Source: Octopus sinensis (Eukaryota). Taken from it: a DNA stretch of 64,000 nucleotides. Below are positions 25,032 through 37,299 of this stretch, in pieces. The notes beneath the pieces are model-generated. The model ran no database searches, had not been told where the DNA came from, and saw only the letters and a program-made list of their open reading frames with translations. The DNA lies in assembly GCF_006345805.1 (NCBI RefSeq), contig NC_043004.1:90954001-91018000 (forward strand), given 5' to 3'. Position numbers and translations under genes: made by a program. The first letter of the stretch is position 1; each line of letters begins with the position of its first letter.

Positions 25032-25705
25032 CATGCATATATATATATATGCATTGATATATGCATATATATATATATATGTATATATATATAAATCAAT
25101 AAATAAATAAAACATATGCATATATACATACATATATGTACGTACCTACCTACATATATATATATATATATATGCATTTATATATGCATATACATACAGA
25201 TCCAGGATTCAGTATCTATGATTTTGCTGTAACAGCATTTGATTGGCTCTCTTCATAGCCTAATAGCAACAACAACAACAACAACAACAACACCAGCAAC
25301 AACAACAATTACAAGAATTTTAACAACTGTTTCTTGCAAGCCAGCAAGCTAGTGCCCAGATAATAGTCAATAATGTTTCAAAAAGCTAATAGTTATGATG
25401 GCAGCATATTGAAGACCATCAAATATTAATCTAGTTCTGCATACATTAGAAAGCTGTTTGCAGATGGAAGTTCATAATAATTTGTCTCCACATACCAAAT
25501 ATTCTTGAATCCTGTTATTTCAGCTTTTATATTCTAATTAAAAGTTTATCCATCCTGATCAAATAGAAAGCTTCATAGATCTGTTTGGTTAATGGATGAA
25601 GCAATCATTTCAAATGTGCCCTGAAATGATGCATGGTGGTGTAGCCATTAACCTTATTTTTAAAGTGCTTATTTTAGAGTGATCAACTAATTTCTAAACT
25701 AAGAT

Positions 25706-26128
25706 TACTCTCTCCTTTACTCTTTTACTTGTTTCAGTCATTTGACTATGGCCATGCTGGAGCACCGCCTTTAGTTGAGCAAATCGACCCCGAGACTTAT
25801 TCTTTGTAAGCCCAGTACTTATTCTATCGCTCTCTTTTGCCGAACCGCTAAGTGACGGAGACATAAACACACCAGCATCGGTTGTCAAGCAATGCTAGGG
25901 GGACAAACACAGACTCACAAACATATACACACACATACATATATATATATATTATATATATACGACAGGCTTCTTTCAGTTTCCATCTACCAAATCCACT
26001 CACAAGGCATTGGTCGGCCCAGGGCTATAGCAGAAGACACTTGCCCAAGATGCCACGCAGTGGGACTGAACCCAGAACCATGTGGTTGGTAAGCAAGCTA
26101 CTTACCACACAGCCACTCCTGCGCCTAT
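25706..26128 (-). mobile_element. Bipartite CORE SINE (OR2-like), full length
   Basis: tactcttttacttgtttcagtcatttgac...ccacacagccactcctgcgcctat; ~420 bp. Confidence 0.9.
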
Positions 26129-26639
26129 GGAATGTTTATTTCCATTAATCTACTTAGAATGTTATTAACCTTAATTTAAAAAGGAGGGTTGCAACTTTGA
26201 ATCCAGTCTGGGACTATGTACATACATCATCCTGGAATAAAATATTTGATGATGACTGGAAATTAGACCACATTTCAGGTTCAATCCCACTGCATGGCAT
26301 CTTGGGCAAGTATCCTCTGCAGACCTAGGCAAACCAAAAGCCTTGTGAGTGGATTTAGTTAATGAAAGCTGAAAGAAAGATGCCTATCTTATATATATAT
26401 CATCATCATCATCATCATCATCATCAGTTAACGTCTATTCTCTATGCTGGCATGGGTTGGACAGTTTGACCGAGGTCTGGAGAGCCAGTGGCTGCACTAG
26501 GTTCCAATCTGATCTAGCAATGTTTCTGAGAGTGTAGTGGGTGCGTTTTATGTGCCACTGGCACAGGAGCCAGTCAGGTGGGCCTGGCATCGACCATATA
26601 TATAAGTTAATATATATATATACGTTTATATATATATAT

Positions 26640-27295
26640 AAACGAAATACTTCAGTTCTTTGGTCCTCACATCACTGGACATTGGAAAACTTTTTTCTGC
26701 TTCACCCTTGGCTACGTATACCTGTTGCCCAGCCTCTCTTTTGGCTATCTGGTACAGTTCCCTGTTACCCCCACCCTTCCAGGTTTTCCAGGCCTGTTTC
26801 TTTGCTCTGAAAGCTTTGTCTACCATATCATTCCACCACCACGCTACTCTAGGTCTGGAAGGGACTTTGCACCATCTGCAGACTTGGTCTGTGGCACTCA
26901 GTAAGCTGTACCATAAGAATTTCCAGCTACCTTCTATGTCCAAGGACTGTAGTTCCTCCTCACTCTCCTCAAATTTCTTGATGAGGATGTCCCTAAATCT
27001 CTGACCATGTGAAGGGTTCTTTAGCTTCCAAATCCTTCTCCTCTGGATTGGTCTGTTTTTTGGCATCCTCCTGGTCTCAAGTCGAAAGTGACTAGTCTAT
27101 GCTGGGGGGAGCATTCTTCACCTAGGAGGGTCTTTGTATTTAAGAGCAACCATGCTCCCGCTGTGAGGATGAAATCAATCTGGCTTGCAGAGTCACCTGA
27201 TTGACAAGTTATCAGGTGGCTGTCTGGTTTCCTGAAGTTAGTGTTGCAGATTAAAAGGTTACATGCATCACAGAACTCCAGTAGCCCAGTTCCCT
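26640..27295 (-). mobile_element. RTE-clade LINE internal fragment, same family as 22306-23110
   Basis: LLEFCDACNLLICNTNFRKPDSHLIT...RRIWKLKNPSHGQRFRD...WWWNDMVDKA...WKGGGNRELYQIAKREA. Confidence 0.85.
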
Positions 27296-27869
27296 CAATG
27301 TATGTGTATTTTTTCAATGTGTACAAACATCACAGAAAAAAAAATAGTTACCAAGGTAGCAAAAATTCACATAAGTGCCAAGGATGTTACAGCCTACTTA
27401 TAAAGGTAGAAATTCCAGGGTTTAGTGAAATGTTTTTGTATCACATAGATAAATTAAGAAATGGAGTTAAACGCAAATGTTATTCAAATCTTTATACTTC
27501 CCACATAAGAAAACATTAGTATTATTCCGGAGGGAATAAAATGATATAAAACAATGTAATCACCTCTTCAGGGAAGAAAAGAGAAACAAAACACATCAAT
27601 AAGCCATTTTAACTGAATGTGATTACTGCATATATGATGAAGGAGAATGCTGGCAAGTTATTTTTTTAAAAAACCGTTAATAGATTTAACATCAAAGGCA
27701 ATTTAGAGAAAGAGAAGGAGGAGAAAGAAAGAAATTCACAGAAAATTAAGAGTGGAGAAATATAGTGTGGTAGATGAATAGGAATAAAGCTTAAAGGTGT
27801 GGAAATAGATATATGTAGTGGAAATGAAATGTAAGAAAACAGTTAAAGGTTGAATTTTATAGATTGGTA

Positions 27870-28090
27870 GAAATTACTTATAGGAACTAAAGGTATGTTT
27901 TTGCCAATGTTTGCAATGATAAACTTGTTCTTTAAACGTGTTTACATGAAGATTCTCTGAGAACAGAATGAAATATTGTTCTTCATTACAGAGCAGACAA
28001 AAGGATTTACCTTTATCATATGGAAAGGATCTAGATAAAATATTCCATTCCAAATCAAATTGTTTATTATGTTCTTTTAGATACCAAATT
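27870..28090 (-). mobile_element. Penelope-like GIY-YIG C-terminal fragment
   Basis: IWYLKEHNKQFDLEWNIL...PYDKGKSFCLLCNEEQYFIL...CKH matches the IWxLK...W.IL...CxLC..EK..I...CRH tail of PLE endonucleases. Confidence 0.75.
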
Positions 28091-28399
28091 AATATATATA
28101 TCATCATCATCAACCTCATCATCATCATCACTTAACGCCCTCCTTCCATGCTGGCAAGTGTTGGACAGTTTGATAGGAACTGGTCAGGCAGGAGGCTGTG
28201 CCATGCTTCTATATAAAAGACACTCTGAAGCAATGCAATATTCCTTTTTCATCCTGGGAAAACAAAGGATCAAGATGCTGGACTTGGCACCAGTCCTGCT
28301 TCTCCTCTGTTCACAGATTTGAGCAAAGTGACTCCAGCATTGGGATCATCTTCACACAGGCATGAAGGCATGCTGACAAACCACTGCTCCTTTAAATGA

Positions 28400-28580
28400 A
28401 AACCTTACCTGTCATTGTGGTTTTGTGCCATGTAACAAAGCAGGTCTTGCCATCTACTCAAGAAAATATGTAGTAAATGATCCACAAGCACTCAAGCAAA
28501 CTGAGTCCTCAACTTGTTCCATTTGTCAAAAGATTTGCGAGGCACCAGCAGGCCTCAAAAGACTCGTATGTCCATAGAAC
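28400..28580 (+). mobile_element. Degenerate double C2H2-like zinc-finger fragment, probably a LINE ORF2 C-terminus
   Basis: NLTCHCGFVPCNKAGLAIYSRK...STCSICQKICEAPAGLKR. No splice signals or further frame. Confidence 0.4.
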
Positions 28581-28669
28581 ATGATTAGCGTTTTATTTTA
28601 CTGAACCCTCATTTGTCGTTCATGAGGAGAAAACCCACCACACACACACACACACATGTATGTATATGG

Positions 28670-29875
28670 TTGGCATCCTTTTTGTCTCAGGACACAATGG
28701 AGTTGTGCATAAAATAGTCTAGTCTGGCTTTTACATTTCATGTCCTAATACATTTCCTGCTGTGCTGTGTAGTCCTATCCTGGACAAACACTCCCTCTGG
28801 CAGGTGCTGCAAATGTAGTGAAGACTGTTCCTGGCTGGTTGTAATGTCATAGTTTCTTGTTGACGTCTTTTCTTGTCTTTCCATTTCTCCTCTCCCTCTC
28901 TCTGTCATTCCTTTGTGTTCCCTCTTTTATGGTACGTTGCCAATCTCCATGGTTGCTGGCAACTGCTTCCCAGTTGCTAATATTGATGTTGCAGGCCTTC
29001 GTGTCCCTTTTTCAAACATCCTTGTAACGTAGGAGTGGTCTACCCACAGACCTAGTACCCCTAGCAACCTCTCCGTAGAGTATGTCCTTGGGGATTCTGT
29101 CAGCTTCCATACGGCTAACATGTTCAAGCCATCTCATATGTCTTTGTGTGAGGAGTGCAAACATGCTTGGTATTCCTGCTTGCTTGTGGACATCTTTGTT
29201 GGGGATATGATTCTGCCATTTGATGCGAAGGATTTTCCGGAGGCAGCGCAGGTGAAAAATATTTAGGCGACGCTCTTGGCATGTGTATGGTGTCCAAGTC
29301 TCACTTCCATACAGTAGAGTGCTAAGTACACATGCCTGGGGGTAAAGCAAGGTTGTGTCCTCGCTCCTATGTTATTTGGCATCTTCTTCTCGCTGCTGCT
29401 CTCACATGCCTTTCAGACATCAGATGATGGAGTGTTTCTGCACAGTAGAAGTGACGGGAAACTGTTCAATCTCTTGCGCCTGCGTGCCAAGACCAAAATC
29501 AGAAGTGTCCTGATCAAGGAGATGCTATTTGCTGATGCTGCTGCTCTGGTATCACACACAGAAGAAGCCCTACAAAGGCTCATCAACTGTTTTGAGCAAG
29601 CATGTAACGACTTTGGCTTAGTTATCAGCCTCAAGAAGACCAACATCATGGGTCAGGCTACATCAGACACCCCAAACATACATATTGGAGACCACAGATT
29701 ACAGAAGGTGGAGAAGTTTACCTAGTTTGGCTCTACCGTCACCTACAACCTATCCCTTGATGCTGAGCTCAATATACACATTGGCAAGGCAGCTGCTGTG
29801 ATGGCCCAACTCTCCAAATGGGCATGGACAACAATGAGCTGACCAAGACAACAAAAATGAAGATTTACCAGGCAT
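28670..29875 (-). mobile_element. RTE/BovB-like LINE with inverted 5' segment
   Basis: The 3' part lies on minus at 28670-29339 (QACVLSTLLYGSETW...GRPLLRYKDV plus 3'UTR). The 5' part lies on plus at 29339-29875 (GVKQGCVLAPMLF...LFADAAAL...KMKIYQA). Confidence 0.9.
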
Positions 29876-29963
29876 ATATATATATATGTATATGTGTGTG
29901 TGTGTGTGTATACATATATATGTATGCATATGTGTATATATATACATATGTATGTACGTGTGA

Positions 29964-29996
<33 letters not shown>

Positions 29997-31589
29997 TGTA
30001 TGTATATATAAGTGTGTGTGTGTGTCTATAAAACATTAAAAATGAAATTCGATGTTGCTTGCTTGCAATGTTACACAGCCAAACTGGCGCCTAATAGGAA
30101 AATAGTTTGAAAGTAAAGTGCCCCTGAAATGTGAATACAAATGGAATAAAACAAGTTTTATGTAAATCGGACCATTGGTTATTGAGATATTTGGGATTTT
30201 GGGGTATAAATCCCCCAAATGGTGCATAATGGGAAAATACTCTGAAAAAAACTTAACCCTCTGAGCCACTCCTATAATATCTCTCATCATCATTTTCTAC
30301 AGCTACTTCTATCCCATCTCTAACCATCTTTCTTCACATTCTTATGAAACTTTCTCATCTGTACCCACTGACCACTCACCTATCCCAATACTCTGTATCA
30401 CTTCACCTATATCCTATCCCCACTCTACTTTGAGAGTATGTCCTGACACATATCCACTTGCTCCATCTATATTTTTCTAAGTCCCTCTTTCTCTCCCTCC
30501 TTTCCCATCTGTGTCTTTTCTACCGCAAGACACCTATTTCTATCTCTCTATTATTCTTTTGACCACACATCAGCTGGCTCAAAGCCATCTACCTCAATAC
30601 TGTTCTCCTCTCCCAGTACACCCTGCAAAGTGGTTGATGTTAGAAAGGGTACCCCCCCCCCAAAAAAAAACCATGCCAATAGAGCATGGCACAGTCCTCT
30701 GGCTTGCCAGTTCTTGTCAAATGGTCCAATCCATGCTAGCATGGATGTTAAGTGATGATATGTATGTGTGTTTGTGCCATTTATTTCCAATGCTCTGTGA
30801 AAACATAGACTTTAGGGAAATATCACCTGGCTTGGAAACAAGTGTGGGTTGGTGACAGGAAGGGCATCTTGATGTAAAAGATGTGTCTCAATAAAAACTC
30901 TGTCCAACCTTTGCAAGCGTAGGAAAGTGGACATTAAAACAACGATGATGATATTTGCTATTTAGTGTGTCTTTACTCACTGCTAGAAAAAAATGAAAGA
31001 AAGAAATACAATTTAGATTAAAATTTTCAAAGTGTTTATAGATTGTTTATGATGAAAGATGATATCAGTCACTTCAGAAATATCTTATAGTTACATTGAT
31101 ATTGGTTACTTATTGATGATATTGATGATATTGATGACTTAAAAAATATTATATTTAGATAGATGATGATATTAGTTTTAAAATATTGTGTAAAGATATT
31201 GGTTACTAATACAAAGAATATTACCTGAAGATAGATGACATCGATTATTCCAAAGTTAAAATGAATAAGTGATAGGTCTTCAGCATCATCATCATCATCA
31301 TTATCCTCCTCCTCCTCCTCCATCATCATCATTGTCATTGTCGTCGTCATCATCATTGTCATTGTCCATAGATATAAAAGTCAAAAAAATTTCACAACAC
31401 AAAATTGAATTGAGATGTCCTCCAAGTCTGGATGACAACATTCAAAAAGAAACTCGTGCATCAATAGAAAAGAACTTGCTTTCCATGATAGTATAAATTC
31501 CAAAACTGGGCACAACAACTATCTGTGGTTTCCTTACAAAATTATTTACAGAGTGGGATCAAGCATTGCTTGCCATGCTGATGGCTGTA

Positions 31590-31598
31590 AATAATAAT

Positions 31599-31629
<31 letters not shown>

Positions 31630-31679
31630 GCAGCAGCAGCAGCAGCAGCAGCGACAACAACAATAACAACAACAACAGC

Positions 31680-31760
<81 letters not shown>

Positions 31761-31790
31761 AATAATGATAATAATAATAAAAAAAAATAA
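31590..31790. repeat. (AAC)n/(AGC)n/(AAT)n trinucleotide array
   Basis: Read directly from the sequence; ~200 bp. Confidence 0.95.
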
Positions 31791-31798
31791 TTTAAAAA

Positions 31799-32370
31799 AA
31801 TGCCCTGATGCAGTACCAGACAGTGGCTCTCATGACTTCCGATCTTAACTGATTGGAAGTGTTATCGTGTACATTGTTTTGTCTTGGTGTAAAAGATGGG
31901 CTACAGCAAATATTCTGCTCAGTACCCCAGATTTGCTTGTCAGTTGTTTGACCGTAACCAGTTGAGCATGTCCCTTAGTGGCTGACAATACGTGCATCTC
32001 TGATCATGAGCAGAAGTAGTGGGGGAGCATCATAGCCATGTGTTGAGAGGAATTCTTGGAGGTTTGGATAATTCACCTTTGGAAACATGGGTGGTTTATT
32101 CAACATCCTTAAACAATCCTTATTCAGGGACCTTTTGAGCGGGATGTGTTACTCGACCAGAAAAAAATTCTAACTGAGCCCCACCTGCAAGGTCATGCAT
32201 TGTTTACCTTGATATGAGATCACCATGTCGCGTACATATGGTTGTGATGTATGTGCCTGGTGTACCCTTATCCGACGGGTAGTCATGATGGGTATACTGG
32301 GCTTTGTATATTTTACCCCAGTGTCACTTTGATGGCATGCACTGCTCTCTCACTCAATAATAATAATAAT
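31799..32370 (+). mobile_element. ~570-bp (AAT)n-tailed interspersed element (non-autonomous retroelement or LINE 3'UTR)
   Basis: Flanked by (AAT)n on both sides. Its last 46 bp recur at 4506-4551. No ORF and no clear pol III boxes. Confidence 0.7.
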
Positions 32371-32446
32371 ATCAACAATAATGATACTATTATTTTATAG
32401 AAATATAAAAATGTGCAGTGAGAGCAATGGTGTGGAACCACACTAT

Positions 32447-32830
32447 ATCATCATCATCATCATCATCATCATTTAACGTCCACATTCCATGCTAGCATGG
32501 GCTGGACGGTTCAACTGGGGTCTGGGAAACCAGAAGGCTGCACCAGGCTCCAGTCTGATCTGGCAGTGTTTCTACAGCTGGATGCCCTTCCTAACGCCAA
32601 CCACTCCGTGAGTGCAGTGGGTGCTTTTTACGTGCCACCGGCACAGGTGCCAGACGAGGCTGGCAAACGGCCACGATTGGATGGTGCTTTTTACGTGCCA
32701 CCGGCACGGAGGCCAGTTGGGCGGCGCTGGCTATGGCCTCATTCGGATGGTTCTCTTACGTGCCACCAGCACTGGTATCACAGCGACAAATTCCATTGAT
32801 GTTGATAGATTACGATTTTGATTTTGATAG
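32447..32830 (-). mobile_element. (ATG)n-tailed SINE-like element with 3 internal ~63-bp modules
   Basis: (CAT)n tail plus core, and three ggtgctttttacgtgccaccggcac motifs. Confidence 0.9.
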
Positions 32831-33194
32831 TTACAGTATTGTGTTTCATGTTCTGGATTAATATCCTCAACATTCTTAACCACTGAGTCAAATATAAAAT
32901 GTTTAATGAATTATAACCATTAGCCTTTTGAGAGCGTATAGCCTTCTGCCAACCTGTGAAATTCTACAGATGAAATCTAGTTAACCCTTTCACAGGCACC
33001 AAGGTTTCAATATACTCAGATGTGGCTGTGTTGGTAAGAAGTTTCCCTGTCACTTGGTCTTGAGTTCAGTCTCACTGCATGACATCTTGGGCAAGCGTTT
33101 TCTGCTGTAGCTCCAGGCTGGCCAAAACCTTGTAACTGGATTTGGTAGAAAGAAACTGAAAGAAGCCTGTCATGTATGTTACACCCCCCCCACA

Positions 33195-33236
<42 letters not shown>

Positions 33237-33259
33237 CACACAGACACACACACAATGTG

Positions 33260-33745
33260 CATTCCATAAGTTTTAAGACATTTTCAGGAGATATTTTAAT
33301 TTCAAATAAGTACAAAACTCTAATCTCCTTCAAAGTAGAATCCTTTGACTTCAAGGCACTTGTGAAGGCCCCATGGAAATCTTCCATAGTGAAAGTGGTC
33401 CAGGACCCTTGTCACAACCACCTTCATCTTCTTAGGGAGCTAGGTCTGGACTGTGGAGAGAGCAAGGGACAGTTTTGATGCTGAACTCTGTCAATTAGTT
33501 GGTGACCAGGATGTAATTGCAGACTGATGCATTGTCCTGGTGCAGGTGCTCTGGTCTTTTGTGATGAAATCTTTTCCTGAACTCCTTCAGAGCCCCCTCC
33601 ACAAAGTACTCTTTGTTGATTATCTGGCCAAAGGGAACCGAGTGGATGTAGATGCTGCTAATACCCTTGTTCTCATAAAAGGGGTTCATCATGAATTTCT
33701 TAGTGGACTCGCTTTTCCTGGCCTCTTGTGTCAGCATAAAACAGA
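33260..33745 (-). mobile_element. Internally deleted mariner fragment
   Basis: ARKSESTKKFMM.PF...VPFGQIINKEYFVE...FRKRFHHKRPE..HQDNASV.N.ILVT...SPDLAP...EDFHGAF. Confidence 0.85.
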
Positions 33746-33748
33746 TGC

Positions 33749-33781
<33 letters not shown>

Positions 33782-34400
33782 GTTTAACGTCCGTTTTCCA
33801 TGCTAGCATGGGTTGGACGGTTCAACTGGGGTCTGGGAAGCCAAGAGGCTGCACCAGGCCCAGTCTGATCTGGCAGTGTTTCTACAGCTGGATGCCCTTC
33901 CTAACACCAACCACTCCATGAGTGTAGTGGGTGCTTTTTACGTGCCACCGGCACGAGGCCAGTCAGGGCGGCGCTGGCAACGGCCACATTTGGATGGTTC
34001 TCTTACATGTCACCAGCACTAGTATCACAGCTGCAATTTCCATTGATGTTGATTGATTTCGATTCTCATTTGCGTCAACAGGTCTTCACAAGTAGAGTTT
34101 TGTGTCCCAAGAAGGAACGGTATGCACAAGTGGACTGGCTACATCATCATCATCATCATTATCGTTTAACGTCCATTCTCCATGCTAGCATGGGTTGGAC
34201 GGTTCGACCGGGGATCTGGGAAGCCAGGAGGCTGCACCAGGCTCCGGTCTTATCTGGCAATGTTTCTACAGCTGGATGCCCTTCCTAACACCAACCACTC
34301 CGTGAGTATAGTGGATGCTTTTTACGTGCCACCTGCACTGGAGCCAGGCGAGGCTGGCATAGGCCACGGTCGGATTGGTGCATTTTACGTGCCATCTCAT
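33749..34400 (-). mobile_element. Two head-to-tail (ATG)n-tailed SINE-like elements (33749-34140; 34141-34400)
   Basis: Two (CAT)n tails, each followed by the family core. The first has the longest 5' extension in the window (to gtggactggctac). Confidence 0.9.
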
Positions 34401-34711
34401 ACAAATTAATCCATATGCAGTTTGGAGCATTTCATAAGTATCTGTAGCATTTTGCCCAGTTCAACTCAAAACGTTATTGCATAGCAAACCTCTAAATTGT
34501 TTGCACTTTCCGACTGCATTCTGCAAACTAGTCAGGTGTGTAATAAGTTGTGATTAGTAAAATGTGTTCAAAGTGCTGTTACAGGTGTCTCCCGAGAAAA
34601 AAAAAGTTAGCAGATCAGTTTAGTAGATGTTTAGCAATGATATACAAAAATTACAATTTTAGGACAATTATAACTACCTCTTCTAAAAAAGACTCCAAAG
34701 ATCAGGGCAGT

Positions 34712-34754
<43 letters not shown>

Positions 34755-34759
34755 GTGTG

Positions 34760-34958
34760 TGTTAAGTTAGTTAAGTTAAGTTAATTTTTTGGCTCAAAAA
34801 GCAAAAAGCAAGGCCATGTAGGGGGACATGGAGTTATGTACAGGGTGGTGTTCATGCAAAGAGTTCAGGCCATTTGTGGTCAAGGGAGACTTTGAACCGA
34901 GCGGTCGTCGGCATCTTCACTATCTCGTCCGGAAGCTTATTCCACGGATCCGCAACCC

Positions 34959-34960
<2 letters not shown>
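34760..34960 (-). mobile_element. Short 3' fragment of the second CR1 family, with (TTAAC)n tail
   Basis: ttttggctcaaaaagcaaaaagcaaggccatg...cggaagcttattccacggatcc matches 21208-21375 (VADPWNKLPDEIVK). Confidence 0.9.
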
Positions 34961-35024
<64 letters not shown>

Positions 35025-35757
35025 TGTGTGCATGTGTGTGTGTGTGCATGTGTGTGTGTGTATGTGTGTATGTGTGTGTGTGTGTGTGTGTATGAGTGTG
35101 TGTATGTGTTTATGTTTCCTTGTCTTAACAGTGTGCAATGTTGTTAAAGAACGTCATTCATTTCCATTATTCTGTGAAAAAAATCTGGCCATGGGGAAAT
35201 ATTATGTTGCTTAGAAACAAGTCAGGATTGGTGATAAGAAGGGCATTTGGCCATGGAAAATCTGCTTCAATAAACACCATCAAACTCATCAAGTATGGAA
35301 AAGTGGACATTAAAATGATGATGGTGGTGATGATTATATCCAGCATCAAATAGATAAAAGATGAGCGGTTGATATCTCTGCAGATTGGAGACTAATCTCT
35401 ATGGATAGCAGACAGGTAGAATATGTAGGAGGAAGCATCTTATTCAGTAAAACAGTGAAGCTTTTGCAGCAGGATTTGACTCTTCTCCCAACCCATGAAA
35501 ACAATAATCACATGCTTTACCCACTTGACCATCTTGTTCCTCCCATTCTATTCAAATTCATACTCAGGTATACTCACACACATGTGCATACATGCATGCA
35601 CACAAAAACACTCACACACACACACCCACGCACACACACACACACAAACGTGTGTGTATGTGCATATGTATGTGTGTGCCTAAGTATGTATGTATGTACG
35701 TTGAATATATATTTCTACTAATTTATTCAAATGCATATATGTACGCCTGTATGTGTG

Positions 35758-35851
<94 letters not shown>

Positions 35852-35936
35852 CGTGTGTGTGCGTATATTTGAATATATATTATACAAACGTATAGATATT
35901 GATATATACAAGCATGCATACAAACACTCACACAGA

Positions 35937-35975
<39 letters not shown>

Positions 35976-36073
35976 CATACACATGTATGTATATGTATAC
36001 ATACATGAAATCACACCTACACGCTCACATACAGACACTCTCACACACACTCATACACACGCACACACACAAA

Positions 36074-36110
<37 letters not shown>

Positions 36111-36635
36111 GAAGAACAAGACATATGACAACTGAAGGCAATCATCTATCACCAACATCACCACCACCACTACTCCCCAGCAACAACAACAACAGCAACA
36201 ACAACAGACCTGTATTATGGAATACAATATTAGTTAAGAGGAAACACGGAGAAGACAAGATTAATAGTCAAGAAGAATCAGTAAATGTTCATTGAGCAGA
36301 TGTTGTCTCTGTTGAATGGCAGAATCTACGTCATAGCAAGAATTACTGAACGAAAGAAATTTTAATCTTGTATCACAGGGAAATGAAAAAGTCAATCATA
36401 TTATTAACACATCTTATCATATGTGTTTTGTGTGTGTGTGTGTATGTTTGTGTGAGTGTGAATGTGTGTGTGTATATGTATATATATGTGTATATATATA
36501 TATATACACACACACACACATATATATATACACATAGACAAGATAAGACAAACACACACACATACTCGTATATAAATTATATATGTGTATATCTGTGTGT
36601 GTGTGTATGTAAGTAAATGTATATATATATATATA

Positions 36636-36667
<32 letters not shown>

Positions 36668-37299
36668 GTATGTATATATGTATATATTTATATGTATGTG
36701 TGTGCATGTGTATGTATGTATATATATATATATATTATATGTACATATATTATATATATACATATATACATTATACATCATCATCGTTTAACGGACATTA
36801 AACGATGATGATGTATATAAATCATATATATATACATATGTACATATATCATTTATACATCATATGTATATATATATATCATATATATATGTATATTATT
36901 ATTATTATTATTATTATTGTCATATATATACACACACATTATTTTATATATATATGTATATATTATTTTTGTTATTATCATTATCATATATATAGATATA
37001 TACACACACCACACATACATTATATATATAGTATATCTCACACTGCAAATCTGATTGTGAAAACACTGCGACAAATAATGCTGTAATATTGCAAAATGGT
37101 GTGGAAAATCTAGCAGAGATGAAAGAGGAGAAGAGGCCTGTTGAAATGAAAGACCTATTTAATATCTAGTTGTTATTGTTGTTCAGTTGCCAGGGTCCAC
37201 TTCTTATCCAGTAGACTTATAACTCAAAGATTGTCAGACTGAGATTATTATTATCCAGTATTTTCTCTTTCAGTTATAGGGTATTTGTGACACTTAACC

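Noticed and set aside
31200-31290. Minus-strand donor site cag|gtaata at ~31227 as a host exon
   Set aside because: No acceptor, no recognisable protein similarity, and it abuts a trinucleotide repeat.
31559-31790. Poly-N/poly-L ORFs suggesting a homopeptide protein (similar cases at 3028-3579, 6529-6890, 12093-12358, 16385-16637)
   Set aside because: Trinucleotide arrays with no splice context or flanking coding signal.
32615-32790. CRISPR-like pattern: 25-bp palindromic repeats separated by ~38-41-bp 'spacers' (also 4631-4935, 33940-34020, 41505-41640)
   Set aside because: The spacers are homologous to each other (..gccag..gctggc..ggccac..ggat), so these are ~63-bp tandem modules inside a eukaryotic SINE. 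No cas genes are present.
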